Shown piece after piece: positions 62,365 to 64,000 of a DNA stretch of 64,000 nt (the stretch's first letter is position 1; each line of letters opens with the position of its first letter). Made by a program: the position numbers and the translations under genes. The DNA comes from Anaerolineaceae bacterium. Its GTDB lineage: Bacteria; Chloroflexota; Anaerolineae; Anaerolineales; Anaerolineaceae. The stretch is taken from the NCBI GenBank assembly GCA_049657925.1, contig JBASOE010000112.1, forward strand, positions 347 through 64,346, in the 5' to 3' direction. The notes under the pieces were generated by a model. That model did no database searches. It saw nothing but the letters and a program-made list of their open reading frames with translations, and was not told the origin of the DNA.

Positions 62365-63495
62365 TTAGATTGCGCCTTTGAGATAGGCGACAGATGGCGG
62401 ATACTCGGCGTCGAGGCTGGGGTCGAAGATGTGATAATTATCCATGTTAAAGACAACATCCATTTCAGAACCATAAGCAGCCTGGGTGCGTGGATCCACA
62501 CGAGCGATAAAGTTGTGCTCTCCATTGACCAGGTAAAGGAAAATTTCATTGCCCATCAACTCGGTCACATCCACGTTGACATGAACTGATTCCGCGATGA
62601 TACCAGGAGGAGCAAATACGGGGTTGTGGATGTCTTCCGGGCGGATACCAAAGACAATATCTTTTTCGACCATATCCTCATAGAGAGGTTTATCCTTGTC
62701 AGGAATCCGGACCTTGAAGGAGCCTAAATCAGCAACCAAACTTCCATTAACATTCACTAACTTGCCATTGAAAAAGTTCATTGCAGGCGAGCCAATAAAA
62801 CCTGCAACAAAGAGGTTGGCTGGGTGGTCATAGAGCATCTGGGGAGTGTCGAGCTGCTGCAATTTGGCTTTGCTCATGACTGCGATGCGTGATGCCATGG
62901 TCATAGCTTCGGTCTGGTCGTGGGTCACATAGATGAATGTGGTTGCGAGCCGTTTGTGGAGTTTGCTGAGTTCGGCACGGGTTTGGACGCGCAACTTGGC
63001 ATCCAGGTTCGAAAGCGGCTCATCAAAGAGGAAAACTTTTGGCTCGCGGACGATAGCGCGACCTACCGCGACACGTTGACGCTGTCCACCAGATAATTCC
63101 TTGGGTTTGCGTTTGAGCAGACCCTCGATCCCAAGGGTGCGAGCCGATTCTTGTACTCTCGCTTCGATTTGATCCTTGGGCATCTTGCGCAATTTGAGGC
63201 CAAAAGCCATATTATCGTAGACCGTCATGTGCGGGTAGAGGGCATAGCTCTGGAAAACCATTGCGATATCGCGATCTTTCGGCGCGACATCATTGACAAC
63301 CTGACCACCGATTGATACTTCACCTTCGGTAATCTCTTCCAGCCCTGCCAAACAGCGCAGTGCCGTGGTTTTGCCGCAGCCCGAAGGCCCAACCAAGACC
63401 AGGAATTCCTTATCTTGGATATCCAGGGTTAGATCCTGGACAGCGACGACGTCACCATATTTTTTCCAAACATGGTCGTACTTTACACTTGCCAT
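62365..63495 (-). CDS. Sugar ABC transporter ATP-binding protein (MsmX/UgpC/MalK type)
   Basis: GPSGCGKTT, LSGGQRQRVAVGRA, LFDEPLSNLD, and a C-terminal TOBE-like domain. ATG 63495 lies after ggagga. The track's 63507 is a TTG inside the SD region. Confidence 0.9.
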   Translation of the reverse strand: MASVKYDHVWKKYGDVVAVQDLTLDIQDKEFLVLVGPSGCGKTTALRCLAGLEEITEGEVSIGGQVVNDVAPKDRDIAMVFQSYALYPHMTVYDNMAFGLKLRKMPKDQIEARVQESARTLGIEGLLKRKPKELSGGQRQRVAVGRAIVREPKVFLFDEPLSNLDAKLRVQTRAELSKLHKRLATTFIYVTHDQTEAMTMASRIAVMSKAKLQQLDTPQMLYDHPANLFVAGFIGSPAMNFFNGKLVNVNGSLVADLGSFKVRIPDKDKPLYEDMVEKDIVFGIRPEDIHNPVFAPPGIIAESVHVNVDVTELMGNEIFLYLVNGEHNFIARVDPRTQAAYGSEMDVVFNMDNYHIFDPSLDAEYPPSVAYLKGAI

Positions 63496-63530
63496 TGTTT
63501 CCTCCAATCTTGAACGAATATAGTGACTAA

Positions 63531-63536
63531 ATTATA
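63531..63536 (-). promoter_or_regulatory. TATAAT -10 box upstream of the ATPase gene
   Basis: The reverse complement reads gtgTATAATttagtcactatattcgttcaagattggaggaaacaATG. Confidence 0.45.
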
Positions 63537-63557
63537 CACCCTGAGTCTATGGAATCA

Positions 63558-63588
63558 ACAAAAAAACCGCAAATTTCTATGCGGTTTA
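63558..63588 (-). terminator. Rho-independent terminator of the rubredoxin gene
   Basis: The minus strand reads aaaccgca-tagaaatt-tgcggttt followed by a T-tract (ttttttt once the stem Ts are counted). Confidence 0.8.
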
Positions 63589-63608
63589 AATGGTAAATTT
63601 TCGTTAAA

Positions 63609-63770
63609 TTATGCGATTTTTTCGAATTGATCTTTATCTGCACCACATTCAGGACACACCCAATCAGCAGGGATATCCTCAAAGGCAGTTCCGGGTTCGA
63701 CGCCGTTATCGGGATCACCCTTAGCAGGGTCGTAGATGTAACCACAAGCAATACATTCCCATTTTTCCAT
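63609..63770 (-). CDS. rub: Rubredoxin (53 aa; below the ORF-track length cut-off)
   Basis: Manual translation gives [53 protein letters not shown]. It carries CxxCG and CPxCG motifs. SD aaggaga lies 7 nt upstream. Confidence 0.9.
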   Translation of the reverse strand: MEKWECIACGYIYDPAKGDPDNGVEPGTAFEDIPADWVCPECGADKDQFEKIA

Positions 63771-63913
63771 TATTTTTGTCTCCTTCGTGACTAAACGTGT
63801 TTCTATGTCTTCTTCACTCGTTACTATTGCAGTAATTTGTGGAAAGCAATATTAATTATACAACAAGAACCTTATAAGACCATAAGAAATACTCTATGTA
63901 GTGGCAACATGAT

Positions 63914-63950
63914 AATGTCCTAAAGTAGCAAATTAGAAATGTCCTAAAAG
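63914..63950. repeat. Direct repeat AATGTCCTAAA(G/A), two copies 24 bp apart, upstream of the rubredoxin gene
   Basis: aatgtcctaaag at 63914-63925 and aatgtcctaaaag at 63938-63950. Confidence 0.75.
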
Positions 63951-64000
63951 GCATGACAATTAACTACATGAAATGGACAATCAGAATGACCCAAGAAGAA

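Noticed and set aside
63527-63751. 74-aa minus-strand ORF in the ORF track
   Set aside because: It is an out-of-frame shadow spanning the rubredoxin terminator and part of the rubredoxin CDS. The 53-aa frame with CxxCG/CPxCG motifs and an SD is the real gene.

Overview
This is a gene-dense chromosomal segment that looks like core genome, not an accessory island. I call about 60 protein genes and one tRNA-Gln(CUG). I found no rRNA, CRISPR array, transposase, integrase, phage gene or recognisable defence gene. Gene families and operon layout suggest a Terrabacteria-type organism, possibly Chloroflexota/Anaerolineae-like; this is inference only, since no search could be run. Left to right: a truncated secreted peptidase with Fn3-like repeats abutting a subtilase remnant; serC; galM; punA; a membrane protein, a GNAT and a 7TM-GAF-HTH protein; ftsK; a CDP-alcohol phosphatidyltransferase; lgt; tyrS. 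On the minus strand follows an operon of fhaA-like, fhaB-like, mtnP and a SEDS::class-B-PBP fusion. Then come a PHP hydrolase, a CPBP protease, secG, an orphan family-5 solute-binding protein, a PduO-like adenosyltransferase and DUF554. A minus-strand string carries a pfkB-family kinase gene, parA, parB and genes for an amidohydrolase, a GNAT and a DsbA-like protein. Next are a large membrane protein, a ParB/Srx-USP fusion, an RsbW-like kinase with a six-GAF PP2C phosphatase, radC, a Zn-ribbon/degV/rluA operon, livJHMGF, an SH3 protein, patatin and smpB. A wall-related string follows (L,D-transpeptidase, DUF2085, pgeF, yggS, yggT), then a DUF164 Zn-ribbon protein, mreB-mreC-mreD-mrdA-minC-rodA and tRNA-Gln. 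The window ends with a membrane-fused spermidine-synthase-like gene, a TIGR01906-like gene, an msmX/ugpC-like ATPase and a rubredoxin gene that the >=60-aa ORF track missed. I found no clear-cut new multi-gene system such as a defence or mobile module. The strongest second-look items are listed here. (1) The FHA-linked SEDS glycosyltransferase is fused to a PBP transpeptidase-like domain whose SxxK, SxN and KTG motifs all look degenerate, while a second SEDS/bPBP pair in the mre cluster is intact. (2) That operon resembles the actinobacterial fhaA-fhaB-pstP-rodA-pbpA cluster, but an MTA phosphorylase sits in the pstP position. (3) TATAAT-like boxes recur 6-12 nt upstream of operon-leading start codons, suggesting leaderless mRNAs. 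(4) An in-frame TAG lies at a chimeric Fn3/subtilase junction. (5) Several multidomain signalling proteins and operator-like repeats are unexplained. All functional calls rest on motif recognition by eye and need HMM or BLAST confirmation.
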